A program made the translations under genes and the position numbers. 64,000 bases of DNA, from positions 32,797 to 96,796 of IMG/VR virus record IMGVR_UViG_3300007094_000006. The stretch is one strand, 5' to 3'. The notes under the pieces were generated by a model. It was not told where the DNA came from and searched no databases. It saw only the letters and a program-made list of their open reading frames with translations. Positions 18,909 through 28,986 of the stretch are shown here, piece after piece. Source of the DNA: a virus. Numbering within the stretch: the stretch's first letter is position 1; every line of letters begins with the position of its first letter.

Positions 18909-20858
18909 ATGCCCAGAAAAAAGGCATCATCTAACAACGTGGACAAATTTAACCACCCAGAGTATAATAGCCAAAATCACTTAAAAGATGTCGAAGATAC
19001 AGAAGATTTAGGGGATAACTATCTCAGTGACTACGATAAATATGCCGAAGGTATTCGGGTATTAAGTTCTTTAGGTTATACTTTCATTCCCCATTTTAAC
19101 CCAGACTGTCTTGGACACAGGGTTTATGTCGATACGCCTTTCACCCTGATTTCTAAAGATGGTAAAACAATTACTGATGTTAACCCTCCAAAAAATTTAA
19201 AATGGCGTAAAAGAATTAGCCTTGGTGATGATTTACCTTTATTGTCTAGTGCTTATTGTGCTATTCGTTCTCAATGTGGTAAATCAGTTGGTGATTTTTG
19301 GAAACCTATGGTAGAGTTAGGTGGTGATAAACGTAAAGCCATTTTTAATATGGCATCCCTTTTTCTTGATGCTGAAAAGTTTAATTCTCGTCAAAAGTCT
19401 GATAATCTAATCAGTCTTACAGGGGGCGATGGTGGTTTATATGTTGTCCCCCAAAAGTCTTGGTTTGACTCACGTTTTGATTCCATTTCTATTGACGACC
19501 TTTTATACCTTTTTCCCTCTGCTGAATCTAAAATGCTTCAGTACATCATTGGGCGGATTTTTGTCGGGCGTGGAGGTACAAAATCCATTGAGGGTATTGT
19601 CGTTGAACATAAAGCCCGTTATATGGGTATAATTACAGGCGAACCTCGTTTAGGCAAATCAACCTTTTTAGACGCTATATCCGAAGCTATTCAATCTTTA
19701 GGCTTTGAAACTACTACCATTTCTGAGTCTAGCGGTCGTTTTGGTTGGGCTGAAATTGCCAGCAGTCATTTTACGTTTATCGATGACTTAACCAAAGAAA
19801 CCCAACGTCGTATTATTTCTTCTGGCAAAATTAAACAGATTGTTTCTAACAATGTTCTCAAAACTGAAAATAAGGGTGAAAGTGCTGTTAACACCCAATC
19901 CCAGACCGTAATTATTGCCAGTAGCAATTCTTTCAATCTTCGTGATTTCTATAACGCTGACTCTGGTATTCAAGACAGAATAAAAATCTTAGAAATTAAA
20001 ACTAAGGCTGAACTTTGTAAAGACAAATCTTTACCTTATCAGGTTGACGAAACTTGTCCTTTTAACCTTCATCGACATTGGCAATTTATTGCTGATAAGA
20101 ACAATGTTTCTTATGAGTCTCTCATTTATTGGTTGATTTACCTTTGTGTTCAAGAATTTTTGTCTGTTGTGGGCTATACTGAGGAAATTCCTCTTTTTCA
20201 ACCTGAGAAATTTCCAGATATTGATGAAGAGACTTATAAACATCTTATGCGCTCTATAGCTCCTACTTTGAAAAAGACTAAGCCTTGTTCTCTTTATAAG
20301 ACTGTCGAAGACTTAGAACGCAATTTCCGAATCCAAACTATGACTAATTCTACTCAAGCTTTAGTTTACTTTTGGCGATTTTGTCTCATTCTTTTCACTT
20401 ATAACGTCGAAAAGAAACCTTCTTTACCACCTCCTGTTTTTGACGTTAATTTTCTTATTCACTTTTTAAAGGCTCATCAAGCTTTTTATTCCCCAGAATT
20501 TGAACCCTTACGCACTTTTCTAGAGGCTGATTATCTCTCTAATAACTCTCCTAAATGGCATCCTTATTCCGTGTTTTTAGAGGTTAACGGCTCTTGTATC
20601 TCTCAAGCTATTTTGAAATGTCTTGAGGCTGAAAATCTTTATTACCCTCCCGCTAAAATGGTCGAAATTTGTTTAAACTTTTTTACTTCTTCTAAAGGGT
20701 TTGAACTTCGTAAAGATTTACCTATCATTATGGAATCTTATTCCTTAGCTTCTGCTCATGATTCCTTTTTTGTTGAATTAACTTCTCATCTTTTTTATGA
20801 ACAACCAGCCCTCTTTGAATTAGTTCAAAAGGCTAAAAGACAAGTCCAATCTCGATAG
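18909..20858 (+). CDS. SF3/D5-like replicative helicase (primase-associated)
   Basis: GEPRLGKST Walker A, FIDDL Walker B, IIASSN motif C, DSGIQDR. Confidence 0.75.
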   Translation: MPRKKASSNNVDKFNHPEYNSQNHLKDVEDTEDLGDNYLSDYDKYAEGIRVLSSLGYTFIPHFNPDCLGHRVYVDTPFTLISKDGKTITDVNPPKNLKWRKRISLGDDLPLLSSAYCAIRSQCGKSVGDFWKPMVELGGDKRKAIFNMASLFLDAEKFNSRQKSDNLISLTGGDGGLYVVPQKSWFDSRFDSISIDDLLYLFPSAESKMLQYIIGRIFVGRGGTKSIEGIVVEHKARYMGIITGEPRLGKSTFLDAISEAIQSLGFETTTISESSGRFGWAEIASSHFTFIDDLTKETQRRIISSGKIKQIVSNNVLKTENKGESAVNTQSQTVIIASSNSFNLRDFYNADSGIQDRIKILEIKTKAELCKDKSLPYQVDETCPFNLHRHWQFIADKNNVSYESLIYWLIYLCVQEFLSVVGYTEEIPLFQPEKFPDIDEETYKHLMRSIAPTLKKTKPCSLYKTVEDLERNFRIQTMTNSTQALVYFWRFCLILFTYNVEKKPSLPPPVFDVNFLIHFLKAHQAFYSPEFEPLRTFLEADYLSNNSPKWHPYSVFLEVNGSCISQAILKCLEAENLYYPPAKMVEICLNFFTSSKGFELRKDLPIIMESYSLASAHDSFFVELTSHLFYEQPALFELVQKAKRQVQSR

Positions 20859-20872
20859 GTACGGAGGTTTTT

Positions 20873-21919
20873 ATGCGTTCCAGAGGCTTTGGTAAAAAAG
20901 TCACAGCTAACTCTTTTAAGTTTCGAGATTTTGATAACTTGTCCCTTTCTGCCATTCAATCCGAAATTACCGACAAATCCTCTTTCATTAAAGTTCATAA
21001 AGAATTTGAACTTTTTGTCTTAACCAATGTCCTTCCCGTTGGTTATACTTGCTCTCATCATCTCCAAATCTACAATCTTTTAAAATCCCTTCTTCCTCTC
21101 TTCAATCCTCCCAAATCTAACGCTACTTCTGCTCAAGGTCTTAATAGAGCTATTCTCCTCGCTTTAGGTAGTACCTTGACCAGTCTCAAAAACCTTCCTT
21201 TTTCTGATAAGGCTCCTAATTCTTTTTTAAAGGTTGAATCAATGGCATTATCTCAGAAATTAGTCTCCAAACTTGACTATTCTCTTAAATACTCTATCTT
21301 TTTTCTGAATCAATACGACTCTTGTTATCAGGCTTCTCAGTCTTTTGATTTGCTCTCTTATTCCCCCTTTTGGCATCTTTTCAACTCTGAACTTTCTCTC
21401 TCTCGTTCTGCCTATCTTGACCATTCTTTATCTCTTTGGTCTTCACTTTCTCATTTTTATCTCCAATGTTTCAACTCTGTTATTTCTTTTTCCCAGTCAA
21501 AATTTAATCTTCCTTGCCCTCTCGAAGGTTTATTTTCTCATTTTGCACACAATCTCAATCAGGGTAATTCTCTTTCCTTTTTGATTGAAGCTTGGCAAGT
21601 CCATTTGAATCTGGTTTCCCAAACTTCCTTTTTCTATAAGTCTCCTAATCTTAACAAATGGTCTTCTTATATTGAAACTGACTCTTGGGGTTCCTATTTT
21701 TATGATGGACATAACATTTCGGATTTGCTATCTGAAGCTTTTCCTTGGTTCATCAACAAATCCTATGCCCCTAGTGCTATTGTTTCCCTAAAACCCGCTC
21801 GTACTCAAAAATATATCAGGGAATGGGCTAACTCAAATTCTTTTTCAACTTGCTCTTTGCCCCATTTTGAACCCTGTCCCTATCTTTCTGGCTTGATTTC
21901 CCCCACTTTGGATTTTTAA
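20873..21919 (+). CDS. hypothetical protein (Ser/Leu/Phe-rich)
   Basis: 348-aa ORF with GGAGG RBS. Confidence 0.7.
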   Translation: MRSRGFGKKVTANSFKFRDFDNLSLSAIQSEITDKSSFIKVHKEFELFVLTNVLPVGYTCSHHLQIYNLLKSLLPLFNPPKSNATSAQGLNRAILLALGSTLTSLKNLPFSDKAPNSFLKVESMALSQKLVSKLDYSLKYSIFFLNQYDSCYQASQSFDLLSYSPFWHLFNSELSLSRSAYLDHSLSLWSSLSHFYLQCFNSVISFSQSKFNLPCPLEGLFSHFAHNLNQGNSLSFLIEAWQVHLNLVSQTSFFYKSPNLNKWSSYIETDSWGSYFYDGHNISDLLSEAFPWFINKSYAPSAIVSLKPARTQKYIREWANSNSFSTCSLPHFEPCPYLSGLISPTLDF

Positions 21920-21946
21920 CTTTTCTCCCCCCCCCCCTAAAAATTT

Positions 21947-22966
21947 ATGGAACGTAAACTTGCAACCTTAGAAGTCATCAAAGACCTTCAACCTATCCTC
22001 GGTGCTGACAATATTGAAGTGGCTACTGTCCGTGGTTGGAAAGTCGTAGTTAAAAAAGGAGAATTTCAAATTGGTAGCCTTTGTGTTTTTTTTGAAATTG
22101 ATTCTTTTCTACCTGAAATTCCAGAATTTGAATTTTTGCGGAAGTCTTGTTTTGCTACCTTAAACACTGGTGAAACTGGTTTTCGTATCAAAACCATTAA
22201 GCTGAAAAAACAATTAAGTCAGGGTCTAGCTTTGCCTTTATCTCTTTTTTCCTTGACTTCTAATACCTTTACACTAGGTACAGACCTCACTGATTTCTTA
22301 GGTGTCAAAAAATGGGAACACTCTGTCTCTGCTTCTTTAGGCGGTAATGTTTTAGGCAATTTTCCCTCTTTTGTTCCTAAAACTAACGAAGAACGCATTC
22401 AAAATTTAAGTGACCTATACCCTTTACTTTGTCAAAAATCCTTCAATGTTACCGAAAAACTAGACGGCACTAGCTTTACTGCTTTCTACTACAATGATAC
22501 TTTTGGTGTCTGCTCTCGAAATCAGGAATTAATGGAATCATCTACCAACATTTATTGGCAAATTTTTCACCAGTATAAAATTGGTGATTTCCTAAAATCT
22601 TTACCTTTCTTCTCCGCTATTCAAGGTGAAATTGTTGGTGGTAAAATTCAAGGCAATCCTTACAAACTTCCAAACTATCGGCTTTGTGTTTTCAATTTGA
22701 TTAACCTTGACAATCAAGAAAGATTAGACATTTTTTCCCCTTCTAACCTCTCCCTCTTGTCCAATGCTGGGCTTGATACTGTTCCTCTACTATTTCGTGA
22801 CTTTTCTCTACCTTCTTCCCTTGATTCTTTAATTGCTTTTTCCTCTGGTAATTCCCTTCTTAATCCCAATACTATTCGTGAAGGTCTGGTTTTCAGAAAC
22901 TTTGAAAATTCCTACACCAGTTTTAAAGTTATCAGCAACAATTTTTTGCTAAAACAAAAGATTTGA
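21947..22966 (+). CDS. RNA ligase (Rnl2 / DRB0094 family)
   Basis: N-terminal ERKLA..GADNIE..GWKVVVKKG, TEKLDGTS motif I, QGEI, REGLVF, SFKVISN. Confidence 0.92.
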   Translation: MERKLATLEVIKDLQPILGADNIEVATVRGWKVVVKKGEFQIGSLCVFFEIDSFLPEIPEFEFLRKSCFATLNTGETGFRIKTIKLKKQLSQGLALPLSLFSLTSNTFTLGTDLTDFLGVKKWEHSVSASLGGNVLGNFPSFVPKTNEERIQNLSDLYPLLCQKSFNVTEKLDGTSFTAFYYNDTFGVCSRNQELMESSTNIYWQIFHQYKIGDFLKSLPFFSAIQGEIVGGKIQGNPYKLPNYRLCVFNLINLDNQERLDIFSPSNLSLLSNAGLDTVPLLFRDFSLPSSLDSLIAFSSGNSLLNPNTIREGLVFRNFENSYTSFKVISNNFLLKQKI

Positions 22967-23070
22967 ACTTAGGATAGTTGATTCTAGCTAGTCTTCTTAA
23001 ATTCTAGGAAGACTTTTTTGCCTTCTTTAATTTAGAAGGCTTTTTTTCGCCCAAATTATAGTTAAAGCAA

Positions 23071-23144
23071 CGTGGGATAGAGCAGTCTGGTAGCTCATCA
23101 GCCTCATAAGCTGAAGGTCGTAGGTTCAAATCCTGCTCCCGCCA
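23071..23144 (+). tRNA. tRNA-Met (CAT), initiator-like
   Basis: cloverleaf: CGTGGGA/TCCCGCC acceptor with C1xC72, D-arm GAGC/GCTC, anticodon arm TCAGC-CTCATAA-GCTGA, TTCAAAT T-loop; CCA not encoded. Confidence 0.93.
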
Positions 23145-23225
23145 TTAAACTTAAATAGTCCTAATCGTTTGGCTTTTAGCTTCAATTGTGCTATAATTGG
23201 TTTGTATATTTTTAATAGAGAAAAA

Positions 23226-23954
23226 ATGTCTAAAAGTAATCTGATTGTATTCGATTTAGATGATACTTTGCTAAATACTAGCCATGTTTATTGGCTTGCA
23301 AAAAAGCTTTTTGTGGAAACTTTATCTGAAGAATTAAAAATTAACGAAAATAAATTAATTGAAGAATTTGAAAAAATTGATAGTATTCAAATGCAAATAC
23401 TAAAGCATTCTCCTTATCGTTATACTTTAAGTATGATAGAAACTTATAAATTGGTTTCTCATAAGATAAATCATCAAATATCTGAGGAAACTTTAAAGGC
23501 TATTAAAGAGTTTGGACGTTTAATTTTAAAAATTACACCAAATACTATTAAGGGGGCTAAAGAAATTCTTGCTTGGTCATCTCAAAACTATTCCCTTGCA
23601 TTATTGACAAGAGGTGAAAATTCATTTCAAAAAAAGAAATTACACAAAAATAAACTGTATAAATACTTTGATTTTATAAGAGTTGTACCTCACAAAAACG
23701 CCGAAGTTTTAAAAAATTTTATCACAGATATAGGCTTTGATTGTCAAGATGTTTGGGTTATTGGTGACTCATTAAAATCAGATACTAATCCGGGCATTGA
23801 AATTGGAGCAAAGTGTATCTTGTACACCTATCATCATCCTCATTATCATTGGATACAAGATACTGAAAGTGTTGCATTAGGCTCTTTTTACAAAGTTGAT
23901 AATTTATCAGATATTAGAGAAATTCTTGAATCAGATTCTATTTCTATTTCATAG
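23226..23954 (+). CDS. HAD-superfamily hydrolase
   Basis: FDLDDTL motif I, LLTRG, VIGDSLKSD motif IV. Confidence 0.9.
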   Translation: MSKSNLIVFDLDDTLLNTSHVYWLAKKLFVETLSEELKINENKLIEEFEKIDSIQMQILKHSPYRYTLSMIETYKLVSHKINHQISEETLKAIKEFGRLILKITPNTIKGAKEILAWSSQNYSLALLTRGENSFQKKKLHKNKLYKYFDFIRVVPHKNAEVLKNFITDIGFDCQDVWVIGDSLKSDTNPGIEIGAKCILYTYHHPHYHWIQDTESVALGSFYKVDNLSDIREILESDSISIS

Positions 23955-24044
23955 TCGATGAGTTGAAAAATCCAATATTTTGCAATTTTGCCTCAACAAC
24001 TTTCCATCTTTTAGTAGTTCACCTTTTCAGTGTGTGAACTACTC

Positions 24045-24239
24045 TCAAGTTTCTAAGGGATTGGGATAATAAATTATTTCGTTAGCACTTGGTATTGTTT
24101 GTCCAATTTCAAGCTCTGATACATAAAATATGTCTTTCAAACTTGTTACTGTTTGCACAACAACCCCCTCTGTATTAACGATATAAATTATATTTTCCAC
24201 CTTTGAGGCTAATATTTCCCCTAATATCTCAATTGCCAT
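24045..24239 (-). CDS. hypothetical protein
   Basis: MAIEILGE start directly after the upstream gene stop; the longer ORF start is a repeat artefact. Confidence 0.55.
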   Translation of the reverse strand: MAIEILGEILASKVENIIYIVNTEGVVVQTVTSLKDIFYVSELEIGQTIPSANEIIYYPNPLET

Positions 24240-24240
24240 T

Positions 24241-24708
24241 TTAATTACCCTCATCATTATCTTCATTATTACCCTCATTTTCATCATTATCTTCATTATT
24301 ATCTTCATTATTATCTTCATTATTATCTTCATCTAAAGTCACTTCTGGAGTAACATTCACTAAACCTTCAAATATTCTATACACTGTATTTCCATCTGGC
24401 GATTTCATTTCTAAATCATAAACCCACGCATTTTGCCCTATTTTATTTCCTAATGCCGGCGGTATTGTTTTCGATACTAAATGTCCTAGCACTGGTCTTA
24501 TTAATGTGTGATTTTCGTATGTGTTTTCCTCTATTACAATGTCATCAAATACTACTTCCACTTCTCCTTCTGCTAATAATGCCCCTTTAAATCTTTTTCT
24601 GATTTGCCACTTAAATTCCCACCCACTATAATCACCCGGTAAAAGTAATGATTTCCCTTTAAAATTGGCTCCTTGTCTTATTAATATGTTTTGTTTTATC
24701 GTTTCCAT
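24241..24708 (-). CDS. putative virion/tail-associated adaptor protein
   Basis: IRQGANF...DYSGWEFKWQIRK...YDLEM...RIFEG.VNVTPEVT pattern; C-terminal NNED repeats. Confidence 0.6.
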   Translation of the reverse strand: METIKQNILIRQGANFKGKSLLLPGDYSGWEFKWQIRKRFKGALLAEGEVEVVFDDIVIEENTYENHTLIRPVLGHLVSKTIPPALGNKIGQNAWVYDLEMKSPDGNTVYRIFEGLVNVTPEVTLDEDNNEDNNEDNNEDNDENEGNNEDNDEGN

Positions 24709-24816
24709 TTCTTTTTTCCCTTTTCTTTTAATTTTAACTTGAGCGACAAAAAACAGGGTTGACATTTTTTTTCTTTGTGCTATGATAGCTTTGTAGTCTT
24801 AGCAATCAAGAAAAAA

Positions 24817-25536
24817 ATGCCTAATCTCACGATTTTAGATTTTGAATCCTCTAACATCCGATTTGAAAACCGTGATGGACGAGTTTGGGTGAGTCTAACT
24901 GATATGGCAAACGCTAGTGGAAAACTCATTGGTCATTGGAACCGGCTAGACTCCACAAAGGAATTTCTGTCAGCCTTAGAGTCCGATATCCATCAACGGA
25001 TATCGGAAACCATAAAAGGTGGTGTCCCTTCAAAACAAGGAACTTGGGCTATCGAAGAAGTTGCCATCGAATTTGCTGGCTGGTGTTCTGTTCATTTCAA
25101 AATTTGGATGCTACGCCAGATTAAAACTTTGATGACTCAAGGCTATGTTGCATTGCCGCAAACTCAACAGCCTAAACTTCCCGCTCACAAACTCGCTGAA
25201 GAAATTACGGAATCTATTTTCCAAATTCAAAACAAAATTTCTGAAAACAATCCCCGATTGGCACAATTTCTCATCGATTTAGCAATTTCCGAAGTTATGC
25301 CCGCAGGTAACAGCTTAACAGGTGTTAAACTAAAAGGGGTCGCCGAAATTGCAGAATCTTTGGGTTTGCCAGTTAATTTTCAAAACCGTTCTTCTTTAGG
25401 CAAGTTTGTTAAAAAAACTTGTGGACATCTTGCTCAACAAGAAGAACGCTTGGTTAATGGACAGCAACGATTTGTTGCTTGCTACCCAGAGGATGAACCT
25501 GAAGTTATTCAAGCTATCAGAAATTTTTTTAGCTAG
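24817..25536 (+). CDS. KilA-N domain protein (antirepressor-like) 1
   Basis: WVSLTDMA, QGTWAIEEVAIEFAGWCS KilA-N motifs. Confidence 0.88.
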   Translation: MPNLTILDFESSNIRFENRDGRVWVSLTDMANASGKLIGHWNRLDSTKEFLSALESDIHQRISETIKGGVPSKQGTWAIEEVAIEFAGWCSVHFKIWMLRQIKTLMTQGYVALPQTQQPKLPAHKLAEEITESIFQIQNKISENNPRLAQFLIDLAISEVMPAGNSLTGVKLKGVAEIAESLGLPVNFQNRSSLGKFVKKTCGHLAQQEERLVNGQQRFVACYPEDEPEVIQAIRNFFS

Positions 25537-25835
25537 TTAGTTTGAATTTTTAATCTTTTGCCTTCTTCAATTAGAGGGCTTTTTTATGACCTTAAGCTAT
25601 AAGTTTTTCTTATGAGTAATATAAGAATTAATAATCCTAGACCACTTGCCATTTTTCATCGTGTTTGCTATACTTAGATTGGTGATTCAATTTCTTAAAA
25701 TCTAAGGATTAATTTTTCAGCCCGTCTTCCTACCTAAAATTGGAAGACTTTTTTTTTGTTTAAATTTTAATTTTTAGTTGACAACTTTTTTTATTTGTGT
25801 GATACTAGAATTTGTACCTTAACAATGCGAAAAAA

Positions 25836-26453
25836 ATGCCTACTCTAACAATTTTAGATTTTCAGTCCTCTAACATCCGATTTGAAAACCGTGATGGACG
25901 AGTTTGGGTGAGTCTGACTGATATGGCGAAAGCTAGTGGAAAACGCCTTAGTCATTGGAACCAGCTAAACTCCACGAAAAAATTACTGTCTGCATTAGAG
26001 TCCGTGGTCGGGAAAACGGCCACGGAAACAATTCAAGGTAGTGTTCCGTCAAAGCAAGGAACTTGGGCTATTGAAGAAGTTGCCATTGAGTTTGCCGGGT
26101 GGTGTTCTATCCATTTCAAGATTTGGATGCTACAGCAAATCAAAACCCTGATGACCCAAGGCTATGTTGCATTGCCGCAAACTCAACAGCCTCAAACACC
26201 CAAATTATCTGCCAACAAACAGGCATTGGAAATCAGCCGTGATGTTCGAGAAATCACTGATGTTCAACCAGAAAGTTTACACTTCTTGGAACAAACAGAA
26301 ATGGGAATAAAAGTTCATCCCGTGCAGGAGTCTTACGGCAAAAATGTTGACCAAATTTTGGAAGATTTGATGGGGTTAGAAACAACTCGTCCCAAAGAAA
26401 TCGCTGAAGCTTGGAAAGATATATATATGAACAAATTTCTCAAAATCAATTAG
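25836..26453 (+). CDS. KilA-N domain protein 2
   Basis: N-terminal domain near-identical to paralog 1; different C-terminus. Confidence 0.88.
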   Translation: MPTLTILDFQSSNIRFENRDGRVWVSLTDMAKASGKRLSHWNQLNSTKKLLSALESVVGKTATETIQGSVPSKQGTWAIEEVAIEFAGWCSIHFKIWMLQQIKTLMTQGYVALPQTQQPQTPKLSANKQALEISRDVREITDVQPESLHFLEQTEMGIKVHPVQESYGKNVDQILEDLMGLETTRPKEIAEAWKDIYMNKFLKIN

Positions 26454-26956
26454 AGACTTCTAAAAATAAAATCAATGACCTCAGAGCTAAAATTCAAAAT
26501 GACCCAGAATTAATTAAAGCTGAAGTTGTTATTCGACGCAAGGAAATTATCGGAAAATGAAGTATATTAGAAAAAGACAAGAACCACCAGAGTTTAAGAA
26601 TTGGAAAGAGCAAGCTAACCAAGTGAAGTCCTTCCTTCTATCCACAAAACTGGTAGCTATTCCTTACCTCAACAGCCTCAACTTCTTAGTGAAGAAAAAG
26701 CGCAGTTTAAAGACTTGGAAAAGACAAAATTAAAGGTCTATGTACCGCCCACACACCCAGTGAAGTCCAAGAAGCTATAGAAGAAAAATTGTTCCCTTGC
26801 CAAAATGGAAACGGAAACCGCAAATCAGTCTAAAAGTCTTCCAATTGAATGTTGGAAGATTTTTTTTTGTTTAAACTTTAATTTTAGTTTTGAGTAGACA
26901 ACTTTTTTTTTGTGCTATACTAAAAATGTCCAATTAAATAAATGTGTGTAAACTCT

Positions 26957-27331
26957 ATGTCTCAATCTTCATTTTTAGAATCCTACCCTAACGCTGGTGG
27001 GATTCGTATTGAAAATCGTGATGGTGTGATTTGGGTTAGCCTAACCGATATTGGTCGTGCGTGTGGAAAATTTTTTTGGGAATGGAAAGAACTGGAATCC
27101 ACAAAAAAGTTCCTGAACAGCTTAGGGTATGATAGAGGATTCAAACTCTTTGAAACTAAACAAGGTGGTGAAACTTCAAAACGGGGTACTTGGGCTATTG
27201 AAGAAGTAGCCATTGAGTTTGCTAACTGGTGTTATCCTAGCTTAAAAGATGTGGCGGTAGCTAAAGCGGTCGCTGAAATCCAAAATTTGCTTTCTGACGA
27301 CAACCCCCGATTTGCACAAGGAATTTTCTAA
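26957..27331 (+). CDS. KilA-N domain protein 3 (short)
   Basis: WVSLTDIG, RGTWAIEEVAIEFANWC. Confidence 0.82.
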   Translation: MSQSSFLESYPNAGGIRIENRDGVIWVSLTDIGRACGKFFWEWKELESTKKFLNSLGYDRGFKLFETKQGGETSKRGTWAIEEVAIEFANWCYPSLKDVAVAKAVAEIQNLLSDDNPRFAQGIF

Positions 27332-27529
27332 TGTCACTGAATTAACGACACTCAGTAGAGTCCAAAAAGGTATGGTTTTGAAAAAGGGAGTAACTATTAG
27401 TTAAACCCTTGGTGGAAACCAAAAAAGGCATGGAAAAAATCGTTCCCTTGACTGGAAAGCAACGGAAGCCAAAAAACAGTCTCATAGTCTTCCAATGAAA
27501 TGTTGGAAGATTTTTTTAGGTCTTAACCA

Positions 27530-28307
27530 TGTACTACCTATTCCAAAATCAATAAAACCCAATCATATCAAAGGTTTTAGCGTTTTAATCTTTAAAAAAC
27601 ACCATTTTAAAATCAATAAAACTCAGTCGTAGTATAGCTTTGACCCATTTGTACTATGTAGTAGGGGGGGGGGTAACTTTATTTTTTTTTTGTCTCTACC
27701 CATTTGAATCATCGCCGTTTAACGAAAAAAAAGTCCCACCTCACCACCCCACACCCCAAAAATATTTTTCCACTACCACTTGACATTTTGTTTATTTCTA
27801 TGCTATGCTATACATATAGCGAAAAAAAAAAAATAGAATGGGGGATAGGATACTAGGATACTTTAATCCTAGGGTATTCACAAATTAACCTATCAAAAAA
27901 TTAAATATATATTTTAAATATTTAGCCCATATTTACCCATTTTACCCATTTTGCCTATTTTTAGCCATTTTTAGCCATTTTTAGCCATTAAGAATCCGTT
28001 TAACGGTAAAAGTATTGTTACCCGCCCCGAAGTGCAAGGAATGGCTGTTTTTTGCCATCTGTAGTGTTTTTGTCCACCTCAAAAGAAACAGAAAGGAATG
28101 CCAGTGTTTTGAACTCCGATGCAATGATTCAAATGGGTAGTGACAAAAAAAATAAAGTTATCCCCCCTACTACATAGTACAAACAGGTCAAAGCCATACC
28201 CAGACTGAGTTTTATTGATTTTAAAATGGTGTTTTTTAAACTCTAAATCCTTAAAACCCTTGATATGATTGGGTTTTATTGATTTCCGACCAAGTAGTAC
28301 AGTTTTT
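27530..28307. repeat. inverted-arm repeat locus 2: arm(+) ~27530-27715, core(+), arm(-) ~28118-28307
   Basis: same arm and core sequences as loci 1 and 3. Confidence 0.95.
27780..27809 (+). promoter_or_regulatory. sigma70-type promoter in the repeat core (also ~46440 on + and ~2113 on -)
   Basis: TTGACA-18 nt-TATGCT with extended TGn; conserved in all three cores. Confidence 0.7.
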
Positions 28308-28389
28308 AGTGGCTCAAATAGTTCACCTTTCCCCTCAACCATGCTAAAATAGATGCTAGACGCAAAACAAAATACAGACCCGATTCCCG

Positions 28390-28656
28390 ATGAACTCAAT
28401 CAATGCCACGCTAATCCTCAAATTCATTGTTAAAACCAAAATCGTTGGTGACACTAAGCAGTTTGCCGTGTTTGTCAACGTCGTCATCACTACGGAACCT
28501 CACCCTAGTCTAAAGGAGGCAATGGACGAATATTCTTCTCTAATATCTGATATGTTTGAAAAAATAAAAACAGATTTGGAAAAAGAATACTGCGAACGTT
28601 CGATTGCTTTTTTGGACTCGGTAACGCCTACTTTCTTTCAGTCTAGCAAGTCCTAA
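28390..28656 (+). CDS. hypothetical protein
   Basis: 88-aa ORF with an upstream TGcTAAAAT -10 element. Confidence 0.55.
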   Translation: MNSINATLILKFIVKTKIVGDTKQFAVFVNVVITTEPHPSLKEAMDEYSSLISDMFEKIKTDLEKEYCERSIAFLDSVTPTFFQSSKS

Positions 28657-28934
28657 TCGTCAAATCGGGTATCAATCTTATTCCCTTGTGCCAAATTGCA
28701 ACTAGGACAAAGCAAAACTAAATTTTTTAAGTCAATGGCTAAAGATTTCGTTTGCTCTTCTAATTTTGATATGGGTATCAAATGGTGTACATGATACCCA
28801 TTGTTCAAATTATTAAAACAGTTTGGACACAGAAACCGTTGTTTTTTTTTCAGGAAATCGATTCCTGTTTTACCTACACTTGATTTTTTCCAATTGTTAA
28901 ATAATTTGCGATAATCGTTTTGCTTCTTATACAT
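28653..28934 (-). CDS. HNH endonuclease
   Basis: CPNC...HVHHLIP...NLVLLCPSCN. Confidence 0.88.
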   Translation of the reverse strand: MYKKQNDYRKLFNNWKKSSVGKTGIDFLKKKQRFLCPNCFNNLNNGYHVHHLIPISKLEEQTKSLAIDLKNLVLLCPSCNLAQGNKIDTRFDD

Positions 28935-28986
28935 TGGTTTAGATTTTTGAAGACTACCCTATATATGTCCTAAATGCCTTTATTAT

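Noticed and set aside
24241-24332. MKII-repeat protein start for ORF 24045-24332
   Set aside because: Alternate-frame reading of the NNED 12-bp repeat at the end of the upstream gene
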